Source: an uncultured Colwellia sp.
Lineage (GTDB): Bacteria > Pseudomonadota > Gammaproteobacteria > Enterobacterales > Alteromonadaceae
Assembly (NCBI GenBank): GCA_965305135.1
Contig: CBDLPA010000017.1
Span: forward strand, 7,620-71,619
Length of the DNA stretch: 64,000 nt
Direction: 5' to 3'
Part shown: positions 19,313-29,741 of the stretch, piece by piece
Position numbering within the stretch: position 1 is the first letter of the stretch
Layout of the letters: every line of letters starts with the position of its first letter
Translations under genes and position numbers: made by a program
Notes under the pieces: model-generated
Database searches by the model: none
Told to the model about the DNA's origin: nothing
What the model saw: only the letters and a program-made list of their open reading frames with translations

Positions 19313-21346
19313 ATGAATACTTATTCCTCCGCACTTATAAAAAAACCATTTCCACTCTTTTGTTTATGTTTTAGCGTTTTTAGTTTTTCAGATGATTATA
19401 AAACAGTTAATGAAAACCATCTTGAACATATAGTTATATCTGGCACTCGAACCCCAAAGTTACTCTCTAATTCTCCCGTGTCAATTCAAGTTATAGATCA
19501 AGAAACAATCCAAATATTAACTCAGGGAACATTAGCTAACGCACTTAATTATATTCCTGGGTTGGTCGTTACTCGTAATGTAAAAGATGGCTACAACATA
19601 CAAATGCAAGGTTTTGATGGTGACCATGTACTGGTACTAGTTAATAGCCAACCATTAATTTCACCTGCTGGTTCAGCGGCAGATTTAGATCAAATTAATG
19701 CAAATGATATTGAACAAATAGAAGTACTACGCGGTGCGGCATCAGTAATGTACGGCAGCTCAGCAATGGGTGGTGTAATTAACATCATTACCAAAGAGGT
19801 TGATGAAAACAAACTCAAAATCAGTTTGCAAGCAAGCCAATACACTGATGCTTTAGAAGATGACCCAATTTCATACACTACTAGAGTTAATGCTAACCTT
19901 ACGGTGAAAGACTGGGATTATAAAGTAAGCTTGTTACATATTGACAATACAGGGTTTGACTATGATCCAGCAACAATAAGCCAAGATGCCAATGGCATGA
20001 AGAAATCATTCATTAATCTATCAAGTAAAACAAAATCATTTAATCTATTTGGTAATGATGAAGTTAATGCAGAAATTAAATATCAGTATTTAACGGAAGA
20101 CAAATCACGCCCAACAGCAAGAGTACCAGGGCAAGATTCAATCATTAAATACCTTTCAGAAGTAGAACAAAATCAATTCGATCTGTCATTAAATACCAAT
20201 GTATTTAATGACGAACAACATAAAATTCAACAAGGTAGTTGGCAACTCAATGGTCGTTATATTAATCACCAAGAAGTGAGTGGCCAAACAAGCGGTATTC
20301 GAGATACGGAGATTGACTTAGCTGAGATTAACGGACAATACGTTTATTCAACCGACAACCTAGAAATAGTCTCAGGTGGTGTGATCCATTTCGATAACCT
20401 CAATCAAATAAAGCCTGACACACAAACTGTTGAAATTGATGATGAGTCTCGCCACAGTATTGATGCATTTGCTCAAGCAAACTGGATTCAATCTACATAC
20501 CAAGTGCTTGCAGGATTGCGAACTCAATATGACTCTGATTTTGGTTTTCATTCTGCGTTTAGAATAAGCAGCATGAATAATTTTGGTGATAAAGAAAGTC
20601 AATGGCAATGGCGTAATGGTTTTGGTCAAGGCTATCGAGTTCCTAGCCTTAAAGAACGTTTTTATTTATTTGATCATAGCAACTTAGGTTACATGGTATT
20701 GGGATCGTCTGATCTTAAACCAGAAGAATCAAATACAATAAATACAACATTAAGCTATAGCACTGAAGTCTTTAAAAGTTCAGAATTATTAAACAAGGCA
20801 CAGTTAAAAACAGAATTTAACGCGCATTTTTCTAAAACCAAAAACTTTATTGAAGCGGTTTACCATCCTGAAAAATCAGCGGAAACAAAATTAGATGTTT
20901 CTGTGTATCAAAATGTTTCTCAAGCCACAATTCAAGGTATCGATTTCAGTATAGACCTTACGTTTAACGAATGGTCTGGGCAATTAAATTACAGTTACCT
21001 TGATGCACGCGATGAAGAAGGACAACGTTTAGCTGAACGGCCTTATCATCAAATAAAAACTAACCTTGGTTATCATAATTATCAACATGAAATAGATGTT
21101 TTGTTTTTTGTTGTTTATCAATCAGGTGAAGCGTACGACAGTACTTACACCAACGTAATAAATAATCACTGGCTTAGCGCCAATATAAATATAAACCAAA
21201 ATATTAACCAACAACTTTCTTGGAATTTTGGTATTGACAATATTTTTAACGAGCATAAAGCCGCTAACGCCAGTAGTTTAAATGCTTTTGACTCTCGGCC
21301 TGTATCAAACAGAAACCTGTCATTAGGCATCAAATATCAATTTTAA
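19313..21346 (+). CDS. TonB-dependent receptor, CirA/HmuR-like (heme or metal-complex)
   Basis: HIVISGTRTPK, IEQIEVLRGAASVMYGSSAMGGVINIIT, FR-x-PSLKE, C-terminal GIKYQF; directly upstream of an HmuY-like gene. Confidence 0.9.
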   Translation: MNTYSSALIKKPFPLFCLCFSVFSFSDDYKTVNENHLEHIVISGTRTPKLLSNSPVSIQVIDQETIQILTQGTLANALNYIPGLVVTRNVKDGYNIQMQGFDGDHVLVLVNSQPLISPAGSAADLDQINANDIEQIEVLRGAASVMYGSSAMGGVINIITKEVDENKLKISLQASQYTDALEDDPISYTTRVNANLTVKDWDYKVSLLHIDNTGFDYDPATISQDANGMKKSFINLSSKTKSFNLFGNDEVNAEIKYQYLTEDKSRPTARVPGQDSIIKYLSEVEQNQFDLSLNTNVFNDEQHKIQQGSWQLNGRYINHQEVSGQTSGIRDTEIDLAEINGQYVYSTDNLEIVSGGVIHFDNLNQIKPDTQTVEIDDESRHSIDAFAQANWIQSTYQVLAGLRTQYDSDFGFHSAFRISSMNNFGDKESQWQWRNGFGQGYRVPSLKERFYLFDHSNLGYMVLGSSDLKPEESNTINTTLSYSTEVFKSSELLNKAQLKTEFNAHFSKTKNFIEAVYHPEKSAETKLDVSVYQNVSQATIQGIDFSIDLTFNEWSGQLNYSYLDARDEEGQRLAERPYHQIKTNLGYHNYQHEIDVLFFVVYQSGEAYDSTYTNVINNHWLSANININQNINQQLSWNFGIDNIFNEHKAANASSLNAFDSRPVSNRNLSLGIKYQF

Positions 21347-21396
21347 TACGTTAACAATCAAAAAATTAAACACTCATTATTTTAAAACATGAACCC

Positions 21397-22518
21397 TTGG
21401 AGAAAAAAATGAATAGAAAACTTAACTTAATCACTGGCATGTTCGTCGCTTTAGGGTTAACTGCGTGTGGAAGTAGCTCAGACAGTACAGAAAACACCAC
21501 TCCAGATCCAACACCTGAAGTAGGCGTAATTTATGGACCATTTAGCACAGGCACAGTACAAGATAGAACATTTGCCTATTTTGATGTTGATACATTATCA
21601 CTCGTCGAATTGACAGAAGAACAAGCAGCTACTGATACTACATGGGATATTGCTTTTAAAGGTAGCAGTGTTTACCTAAATACCAATGATAGTGAGCACC
21701 CTGTTAGCCTTTACTTTACCAATAATAACAGTGATTTTTATGATGAAAATGGTGACCCTGTTGTTGATAAGTTTATTAACGCTACCGCTGAAGATAATTT
21801 AGCAGATTTTATAGCCGTGACTAACGACAACATACCTACTGATGACGCATTCAAAACAGATGTAGTAGAAAGTATTCTAGACGGCTTTTACAATTATGAT
21901 TCAGAAACTCATCAAATAACAGCAGCAGATGATCATTACTTTATCGCTTATTCAGACACAACCGTTACTAAATTTAGAGTAACTGAATTAACACAAGTTG
22001 GCTATGGTATGACTAACTTAACAATTAGCTACGCAAACCAATTAACAGGCGCAACTGAATTTGACACACAAACAACTGAACTCGTGATTGATGCTACATT
22101 AGAGTGTAGTAATGATGATGCAATTTATATCGATTTTGATGTTAATGCTATCGTAACCAATGGCGATGCTTGGGATATAAAAATACCTTGTTTAGCTAGT
22201 GAAACAGACACCGCGGCAGATTTTACATTAACCCTCGCAGATGACGCCACAGCCATACAAGATTTTACTAACAGTTACAACGGCATACCTGAGTCAAATA
22301 TTCCCTATTATAGTTTTCAACCAAATGAATACTCCGTTGTCGCTTTCAAAGAAAACCCTTGGTATCAGTACAACCTTGAAGGCGGTCATAAGCTTTGGTC
22401 TCAGTACGGCGTATATTTACTAAAAAATGTAAATGGTGTTTTTAAACTGCAATTAACCAGCTATTACGATACTGACGGTAATTCAGGTAACTATTCATTG
22501 CGTGTTGAAGCACTTTAA
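21397..22518 (+). CDS. HmuY-family heme-binding lipoprotein (apparently two HmuY-like domains)
   Basis: Lipobox LTAC; WDIAFK and WDIKI repeats, WYQYNL-x-GGH-x-LW, VFKLQLTSYYD...SGNYSLR tail typical of HmuY. Confidence 0.75.
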   Translation: MEKKMNRKLNLITGMFVALGLTACGSSSDSTENTTPDPTPEVGVIYGPFSTGTVQDRTFAYFDVDTLSLVELTEEQAATDTTWDIAFKGSSVYLNTNDSEHPVSLYFTNNNSDFYDENGDPVVDKFINATAEDNLADFIAVTNDNIPTDDAFKTDVVESILDGFYNYDSETHQITAADDHYFIAYSDTTVTKFRVTELTQVGYGMTNLTISYANQLTGATEFDTQTTELVIDATLECSNDDAIYIDFDVNAIVTNGDAWDIKIPCLASETDTAADFTLTLADDATAIQDFTNSYNGIPESNIPYYSFQPNEYSVVAFKENPWYQYNLEGGHKLWSQYGVYLLKNVNGVFKLQLTSYYDTDGNSGNYSLRVEAL

Positions 22519-22638
22519 ATATTGTTCAAATAACCATAATTTTAATGAGTGACTAACGATTAAAAATTAAGTGACTCATGTTGTATTTAATCCAAGTGAT
22601 AACACAATTAAAAAGGTTATCACTGTTAGGTAATTTTT

Positions 22639-23235
22639 ATGATCAGCTACATAGAACAAACCATGTATCAGTTGTCAGATTTTTTTATGGCTCCGGTACT
22701 ATTACTTATTAGTTTACTTTTTGTATATGCATTATTCGCTACAGGGCAATTTTTTACCCAAAGTATTCAACGCAAACAAAATAAAGTAAATTTTCTACAA
22801 TTAATATCAAGTAAATTAGGTGAAAACAAGCAACTTTCTTTGGCAGGTTATACCTTATCGAAATTAGCAAATAAACAACCTAACATCAGTAAAGATCAAC
22901 TTGATGTTGCTGCACTTTGTGATCTTGAAGGTGTAAGAAATGTAAGCCGTTTAGCGCCTATGCTAGGTTTAATCGCCACTATGGTTCCTATGGGGCCAGC
23001 ATTAAAAAGTTTAGCTGACGGCAACATTCAAGGAATTAGTGAAAATTTAATCGTGGCATTTTCTTCTGTTATTTTCGGCTTAGTTATCGCATCTATTACC
23101 TTTTGGATCGCCTCAGTTAAAAAACGATGGTTAGCACAAGAACTAGTAGCGTTAACGCCGCTATTACATCATACCTCTCTATCATCATTACATTCAACAA
23201 CGCCAATAGAGGATAAAAAAAATGAGGCTGCTTGA
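22639..23235 (+). CDS. MotA/TolQ/ExbB-family membrane protein (HmuU-like)
   Basis: RLAPMLGLIATMVPMGPALKSL...NLIVAFSSVIFGL motif. Confidence 0.85.
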   Translation: MISYIEQTMYQLSDFFMAPVLLLISLLFVYALFATGQFFTQSIQRKQNKVNFLQLISSKLGENKQLSLAGYTLSKLANKQPNISKDQLDVAALCDLEGVRNVSRLAPMLGLIATMVPMGPALKSLADGNIQGISENLIVAFSSVIFGLVIASITFWIASVKKRWLAQELVALTPLLHHTSLSSLHSTTPIEDKKNEAA

Positions 23236-23527
23236 CGAAGACGAGGGAATAAATCCAGCTTTATCTGTAGTTAACTTAGTGGATGTATTTTTAGTATTAA
23301 TTGCTGCTCTATTAATTGCTATTGCACAAAACCCTTTAAATCCTTTTTTATCTGAAGATGTCACTGTTATCAAAAATTCAGGCAAAGATAATATGGAAAT
23401 TATTGTAAAAAAAGGCAATAAAATTGAATCGTTTAAAAGCCAAGGAAAAACAGGTGCTGGTACAGGTAAAAAAGCTGGAACGGCTTACGAAATGGCAGAT
23501 GGTTCTATCATCTATGTTAGTGAATAG
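23222..23527 (+). CDS. DUF2149 protein (HmuV-like, single TM)
   Basis: NPALSVVNLVDVFLVLIAALL and C-terminal G-x-G-x2-AGTAYEMADGSIIYV; overlaps the ExbB-like stop. Confidence 0.8.
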   Translation: MRLLDEDEGINPALSVVNLVDVFLVLIAALLIAIAQNPLNPFLSEDVTVIKNSGKDNMEIIVKKGNKIESFKSQGKTGAGTGKKAGTAYEMADGSIIYVSE

Positions 23528-23587
23528 TATTCGTAAAGTAATGCTATCCCCCTTTAAATTCAATAATAATTATATTTAGAGCAAACA

Positions 23588-26500
23588 ATGAAAATTATTC
23601 AAAAAATAACGAGCTTGTTTATTTTATTAACAAGCTTATGTATTAGTTGTATTACACAAGCTAATGAAAGTTCAACTACAAAGTTACTCTTTGTAGGTTC
23701 TGCGCACTCAAATAAAGCAAAAGTAACCTTATTAAATGAAATAGCCAATAAAAATACCAATAATCATTGGGAAATCACTTACAAGTCAGCACGTAGTATG
23801 GGCGACCTAACGCTAGCAAAAACACTCTTTAATCAGCAAGATATTATTGTGTTTGACGCGGTATCAGTTAACGAATCGTCAAAAACTTTTGCTAAATTTT
23901 TACCCTTGGTCAACCAAACGAACCAAACAAAATTCATCAGTATAAGTTGGTTAGAAAACCCTAAAGCTCATCAAGGTTTTAGCGTTCCACAATTGCAAAT
24001 CATTTCCGATTATTGGAACAATGCAGGGCGAAAAAACTTAACAAATTTATTAACCTACCTTGCCGTTGATATTCTTAAGCGAAACAAGCAAGATATTGCT
24101 CAAGCGCCAATTATTTTCCCCCTACAAGGTATTTATCATCCTAATCAACCTAACCTAATCAGCGATAACTTAAATGCCTACCAACGTTGGTCAGCCCCTA
24201 AAAAAGATCAACCACGCATTGCCCTATTGTTACAAAGAGCCCTAATTGAAAGCGAACAAACACAAGTAATTGATGCCACTATTAAACAACTAGAAAAAAA
24301 AGGCGTCTATGTCGTGCCTTTTTTCTTTGAATTGAACCGAACAAGTGGAAATTATCAACATTTATTATTGCTAGAAGATGAGATAGCAAGCGGTAAAAAA
24401 CAAACCAGTGAAATTGACTTAATTATTAGCTTTAGAAATATCCATTGGGCAAATAAACGTAGAGTTGAATTTGAAACATTTGGCGTGCCTATTATACAAG
24501 CCATGACTTATTATTCTGGTGATCAAAAAGCGTGGGAAGAAGACAAACAAGGTGTTTCTGCTGGTATGATGGCATTTACCTTAGTATTACCAGAAAGTGC
24601 CGGTGTGGTTGACCCTATGGTCGTTGCGGCTATGGATACTAAAACACAAACAGCTAAAGTTATCGACTATCAATTAACGCATTTAGTCAATAAAGCAATA
24701 AACCTAGTCAAACTAAAATATAAAACTAATCAAAATAAAAAACTAACTGTATTTATTTGGGGCGATCAAGATGTTGGGGCTTCTTTTATGAATGTGCCTG
24801 CAAGTTTAACGTCTATTAAACAACATTTGGCTAAAAAAGGTTACGTGACAGGCCAACAAACTCAAGAATACATTACCAACAATGTTAACCGTATTTTAGA
24901 TCCCTTCTATCGCGATTATCAATTAACCCAATTACTTAATGATGATCTAGCTGAATTAATGCCAATGAAGCGATATCTTGCTTGGTTTAACAGTCTACCT
25001 GCAGAAGTATCAACCCCCATTAGTGATTATTGGGGAGATCCTAAAGATCACTTTATGGCTGTAGAGCAGGACGGGGAATACTATTTCATTCTACCGCGCA
25101 TTCGCGATGGTAATATACTCATAATGCGTCAACCACCGCGCACCGACAAAAAAAATGATGAAACGGCTGTTTACCATCAAGGAACTGTGCCTATGAATCA
25201 TTTTTATTTAGCGGCTTATTTTTACGCCCGTGAATACTGGCAAAGTGATGCGATAGTGCATTTAGGAACACATGGTTCACAAGAGTATTTAGGAGGTAAA
25301 GAGCGTGGTTTATCTATTTATGATCAAGGTAATCTAGCAGTATGGGATACACCTGTTGTGTATCCGTTTATTGTTGATGATGTGGGTGAAGCCATGCAAA
25401 CTAAACGCCGTGGACGCGCAACCGTTATTTCGCACATGACACCTCCTTTTGCTGCCGCGGGTTTGCACGGTGACATGAGTGATTTACATGATTTAATGCA
25501 TCAATATAAATCATTAGATCAAGGCGGGGTAAAACAAAAAACAGCTAAGAAAGTTGTAGAATTATGTTTCAGCAGCAATATTTGCAAAGATATTGCTTGG
25601 GAAAAAGACAAAATAGATAAAGACTACGATACTTTTTTTGACGACCTGCATAATCATTTAGAAGCGCTCGCTAGTGCCAATCAACCATTAGGCTTACATA
25701 CTTTTGGTCAACTTGCCGAACAAGAATTACTAATAACTACCTTAATTCAAATGTTAGGAAAGGAGTTTACTCAGCACGCCAGTAAATTTGAACATAAATA
25801 CTATAATCATTTAGACAATTCAGATGAAAGTCACCATGAAAAAACAAATGATATACAAGATGAAGTAGACATTACCCAATTAGCTGGTTTTAATTTTGTA
25901 AAAGACTATATTGTTAATTCAAAGACTAACCAGAACGATCACAAACACTCTCAACCTATTGCCCCAAAAGCACTTAGTGAAGAATTATCAACCTTTGTTA
26001 AACGTGGTAAAACCCTTTACCACGCAATGACTGGCATTCATGAATTAGAAGCCATGAGTGATTTTTTAGCAAATAAATATATTCCCGTTAAAACAGGTGG
26101 CGATCCTATTCGTCACCCTGAATCATTATCTACTGGCTACAACTTGTATGGCTTTGACCCATCAAAAGTACCTACCAAGGCAGCGTTTGAACAAGGTAAA
26201 GAATTAGTAGATGAAATGATTCATAACTATCAGAAAAAAAATGGTAAATTTCCTGACAAAATGGCATTTTCATTATGGTCAATAGAAACCATGCGCCATT
26301 ACGGTGTATTAGAATCACAGGTATTGTATGCCATGGGAGTTACGCCAAAATGGAGCGCTAGTGGACGCATAATCGGTACAGACATTATTCCTTACAGCGA
26401 ATTAAAACGCCCCCGCATAGACGTTGTATTGTCTGCTACTGGCTTATATCGCGATGCTTTTCCAGGTGTCATTCAATTGCTAGCAAACGCCGTTAAACAA

Positions 26501-27697
26501 GTCGCTGAATTAAAAAAAGACAGCGACTCAATATGGGATAATAAATTTGAAAATCATGTGGCCTTAAATAGCCAACGTATTCAAAACGAATTAACAGAAC
26601 AAGGCATTGACGCTGACGAAGCCCAGTATTTGTCAACTATTCGCGTATTTTCTAATGCTTCAGGTGACTATGGCTCGGGTGTTGATGGCCCAGCGTGGGC
26701 AAGTGATACATGGGAGACAGATAAGAAAATATCAGATAATTATTTAGGTAAAATGGGATTTTTCTTTGGTAGCGACAGCGCACGTTGGGGAGAAAAAGCA
26801 AAAGATTCACAAGGGAAAGACATTCAACTTTACGCGAAACAATTATCAGGTACAGATATAGCCTCATTCTCACGTTCATCAAACTTATTCGGCATGTTAA
26901 GTTCAGATGATCCGTTTGAGTACTTTGGTGGTATTAGTTTAGCTGTACGTAATATTGATGGGAAAAGTCCTGATATGATGATTTCAAATTTACGCAATGC
27001 TACCAACGCTAAACCAGAAGATGCCGCTTTATTTATGGCAAAAGAACTTAGAACGCGCATGTTTCATCCTCGTTGGATAAAAGAAATGCAAAAAGAAGGC
27101 TACGCTGGTGCTGTGTCATTGGCATCAAAAATGGACAACTTTTTTGGTTGGCAAGTGGTAGATCCTAACCTAGTTAGAAATGATCAATGGGATGAATACT
27201 TCGATATTTATGTTAACGACAAACTTAATATTGAATTAGATAAGTGGTTTGAAAACATCAACCCAGCGGCCGTTGCCCGTATGATGACAAGAATGCTAGA
27301 AGCTGAACGTAAAGACTATTGGCAAGCAGATCCTCAGCGCTTAAAGCAACTAGTTGAAAGGTATATTGACATAGTAAATCGCTACGATTTAATTATACAA
27401 AACGATGCATTACGTGAAAATGTTAACGAACTTGCGACAGGTTTTGGTTTAGCCGCCCTATTACAACAACCCACACTCGAAGATATGGCCAAGCAAACAA
27501 ATAAACAAAAGGAGCAAAACCAGCAACAAATAATTAAAGCTGAACAAAATAAGGAAAACAAACAGGTTGAAGGCCAAAAACTTGAAAAACAAAGTAAAAA
27601 ACAAACAACTGAACCTAATTACTTTATTTGGCAAGCGATATCAATAATGCTGATAATTATGCTTTTAGGTGCTATGCGACAGCATTTCAAAAAATAG
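23588..27697 (+). CDS. CobN/magnesium chelatase H-like protein, exported and membrane-anchored (HmuS-like)
   Basis: HLGTHGSQEYL, ISHMTPP, RPRIDVV-x-SATGLYRD, SSDDPFEYFGG, RMFHPRWIKEMQKEGYAGA; N-terminal signal peptide and C-terminal TM helix. Confidence 0.88.
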   Translation: MKIIQKITSLFILLTSLCISCITQANESSTTKLLFVGSAHSNKAKVTLLNEIANKNTNNHWEITYKSARSMGDLTLAKTLFNQQDIIVFDAVSVNESSKTFAKFLPLVNQTNQTKFISISWLENPKAHQGFSVPQLQIISDYWNNAGRKNLTNLLTYLAVDILKRNKQDIAQAPIIFPLQGIYHPNQPNLISDNLNAYQRWSAPKKDQPRIALLLQRALIESEQTQVIDATIKQLEKKGVYVVPFFFELNRTSGNYQHLLLLEDEIASGKKQTSEIDLIISFRNIHWANKRRVEFETFGVPIIQAMTYYSGDQKAWEEDKQGVSAGMMAFTLVLPESAGVVDPMVVAAMDTKTQTAKVIDYQLTHLVNKAINLVKLKYKTNQNKKLTVFIWGDQDVGASFMNVPASLTSIKQHLAKKGYVTGQQTQEYITNNVNRILDPFYRDYQLTQLLNDDLAELMPMKRYLAWFNSLPAEVSTPISDYWGDPKDHFMAVEQDGEYYFILPRIRDGNILIMRQPPRTDKKNDETAVYHQGTVPMNHFYLAAYFYAREYWQSDAIVHLGTHGSQEYLGGKERGLSIYDQGNLAVWDTPVVYPFIVDDVGEAMQTKRRGRATVISHMTPPFAAAGLHGDMSDLHDLMHQYKSLDQGGVKQKTAKKVVELCFSSNICKDIAWEKDKIDKDYDTFFDDLHNHLEALASANQPLGLHTFGQLAEQELLITTLIQMLGKEFTQHASKFEHKYYNHLDNSDESHHEKTNDIQDEVDITQLAGFNFVKDYIVNSKTNQNDHKHSQPIAPKALSEELSTFVKRGKTLYHAMTGIHELEAMSDFLANKYIPVKTGGDPIRHPESLSTGYNLYGFDPSKVPTKAAFEQGKELVDEMIHNYQKKNGKFPDKMAFSLWSIETMRHYGVLESQVLYAMGVTPKWSASGRIIGTDIIPYSELKRPRIDVVLSATGLYRDAFPGVIQLLANAVKQVAELKKDSDSIWDNKFENHVALNSQRIQNELTEQGIDADEAQYLSTIRVFSNASGDYGSGVDGPAWASDTWETDKKISDNYLGKMGFFFGSDSARWGEKAKDSQGKDIQLYAKQLSGTDIASFSRSSNLFGMLSSDDPFEYFGGISLAVRNIDGKSPDMMISNLRNATNAKPEDAALFMAKELRTRMFHPRWIKEMQKEGYAGAVSLASKMDNFFGWQVVDPNLVRNDQWDEYFDIYVNDKLNIELDKWFENINPAAVARMMTRMLEAERKDYWQADPQRLKQLVERYIDIVNRYDLIIQNDALRENVNELATGFGLAALLQQPTLEDMAKQTNKQKEQNQQQIIKAEQNKENKQVEGQKLEKQSKKQTTEPNYFIWQAISIMLIIMLLGAMRQHFKK

Positions 27698-27775
27698 ATA
27701 ACGGGTCACAAATAAAATAGCATCTCCTTTGTTATTTAATTGTAGTATTTAATACACTATAAAATAAATAACTCA

Positions 27776-27810
27776 TGTATCCGCAAGCGCTTTATTGCTT
27801 GCGGGTACAT
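27776..27810. terminator. Hairpin between convergent CobN-like and pgi genes
   Basis: ATGTATCCGCAAGC-gctttatt-GCTTGCGGGTACAT. Confidence 0.65.
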
Positions 27811-27869
27811 AGATGAACTCCTCATATTTTTACAGTGTCATTAACTATATTATAATGAAGAAATTCAAT

Positions 27870-29528
27870 TTATGACCATTCATGAGAACTATTACAATTA
27901 AAGCGATTTCTGTACAGTTTAATTAATTCATTGGTTGAATCATCCATATTTAACTCCTCAGAAGAATCAGTTATTTTACTCAACACCTTGTTACCAAGTG
28001 ATTTTCCTAATTCCACTCCCCACTGATCAAAAGAATTAATATTCCATATCACGCCCTGAACAAATACTTTATGCTCATACATCGAAATTAAACTACCAAG
28101 TACCTTAGGCGTTAATTTTTCAAATAAAATAGTATTACTTGGTTTATTACCTTCCATAACCTTATGGGTTGACAAGTTTTCTATTTCCGTCATATCACAC
28201 TTAGCTTTGATCATTGCTGACTTAACTTCTTGTAAAGTTTGCCCTGCCATTAAAGCCTGACTTTGGCCAAAACAATTAGAGGCCAACATATCATGATGGT
28301 TTTCAACATCATAATGGGGAATTAATGGCATTAAAAAATCAACGGGGATGGGTGTTTTACTTTGATGAATTAATTGATGAAACGAGTGTTGCCCATTAGT
28401 ACCTTCACTCCCCCAAATAATAGGACCAGTATCATAAGCTAACGGCTCGTTTGTAATTGAAACTGACTTACCGTTACTCTCCATATCTAGTTGTTGAATA
28501 TATGCAGGTAAACCCCGTAAATAATGATAATAAGGTAATAATACTTGTGATTGAGCACCATAAAAATTTCGATACCAAATACCCAATAATGCAAGAATAA
28601 CAGGTATGTTGTTTTCTAATGGTGCTTTTGTAAAGTGCTCATCCATTTCAAACGCACCTTTTAAAAAATCTTGATAATTATCAAAGCCTATGGCTAACGC
28701 CAAAGGTAAGCCAATGGCAGACCATACTGAATAACGACCACCAACCCAGTCCCACATTGGAAAAATATTCTCTTTGTCTATCCCTAATTTTTGAGCCGTT
28801 TCCACATTAGAAGAAACACAAGCAAAATGATATTTAATACTTTTTGATGTTGCTGTATTAACAAACCAATCTCTAGCAGTAAGTGTATTTCGCAGTGTTT
28901 CTTGTGTTGTTAATGTTTTTGAAGAAGTAATAAAAAGTGTAGTTTCAGGATTAACTTTATCTAAAATATTTTGAATGTGACAACCATCAACATTCGCAAT
29001 AAAATGCACTTTTAATTGAGGCTGATGAAAAGGTTTCAATGCTTCCGACATTATTTTAGGGCCAAGAAAGGAACCACCAATACCTATACTAACTATGTCA
29101 GTAAAAGCTTTGCCTGTATAACCAACTTTATGACCTAACGATACATCATTGACAAAGTTTTCAATTTTAACAAGTGTTTCTTGTATTTGTGGCATCACAT
29201 CATGACCATCAACATACACGGGGTTATTTGAAAAATTTCTTAATGCTGTATGCAAAACAGGACGATTTTCAGTAGTATTTATCGATGACCCATTAAACAT
29301 ACTATCGCGTTTATTTACTAAATCAGATGATTTCGCTAAATTCATCAGCAAGTACATCGTTTCATCAGTGATACGGTTTTTAGAATAATCAAGTGTTATA
29401 CCAACCGCTGAAAGTGAAAGATTTTTAAAACGCTCTTTTTCAAGCAAAAACAAGTCTCGCATTTGAATATGAACATTTTTATTATAATGATTAACGAGTG
29501 ACTTCCACTCAGGTGTGTTTAATAACAT
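27870..29528 (-). CDS. pgi: Glucose-6-phosphate isomerase (copy A)
   Basis: IGIGGSFLGP, SSKTLTTQET, WDWVGGRYSVWSAIG, QQLDMESNGK, FDQWGVELGK. Start probably ATG 29528 (MLLNTPEW), by alignment with copy B. Confidence 0.95.
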   Translation of the reverse strand: MLLNTPEWKSLVNHYNKNVHIQMRDLFLLEKERFKNLSLSAVGITLDYSKNRITDETMYLLMNLAKSSDLVNKRDSMFNGSSINTTENRPVLHTALRNFSNNPVYVDGHDVMPQIQETLVKIENFVNDVSLGHKVGYTGKAFTDIVSIGIGGSFLGPKIMSEALKPFHQPQLKVHFIANVDGCHIQNILDKVNPETTLFITSSKTLTTQETLRNTLTARDWFVNTATSKSIKYHFACVSSNVETAQKLGIDKENIFPMWDWVGGRYSVWSAIGLPLALAIGFDNYQDFLKGAFEMDEHFTKAPLENNIPVILALLGIWYRNFYGAQSQVLLPYYHYLRGLPAYIQQLDMESNGKSVSITNEPLAYDTGPIIWGSEGTNGQHSFHQLIHQSKTPIPVDFLMPLIPHYDVENHHDMLASNCFGQSQALMAGQTLQEVKSAMIKAKCDMTEIENLSTHKVMEGNKPSNTILFEKLTPKVLGSLISMYEHKVFVQGVIWNINSFDQWGVELGKSLGNKVLSKITDSSEELNMDDSTNELIKLYRNRFNCNSSHEWS

Positions 29529-29549
29529 ACAGCGATATCTCAACTAAAA

Positions 29550-29559
29550 ACAACGTTGT
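29550..29559. promoter_or_regulatory. LacI-type operator ACAACGTTGT (pgi A / LacI A)
   Basis: Perfect palindrome, repeated throughout the fructan locus. Confidence 0.8.
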
Positions 29560-29741
29560 CTTTAATTAAACTATATTGCTTTTAATACTACAAGAAATTT
29601 CTACTTAACATTCATAAGATGTTTAGTTTTACCTATACATTTAGTGTATAAATGTATGTTCAGAAAATAATAACAATATGAGAACAAAAATTTAAATTAG
29701 CTCAAAACTAATTTAAATTTAAGATATATGAGGGTAATCAA

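Noticed and set aside
19092-19313. Cobalamin riboswitch expected upstream of a TBDR-cobN operon
   Set aside because: The spacer is short and AT-rich, and I saw no B12-box or conserved GGGAA core; CobN here is unlikely to be a B12-biosynthesis chelatase.
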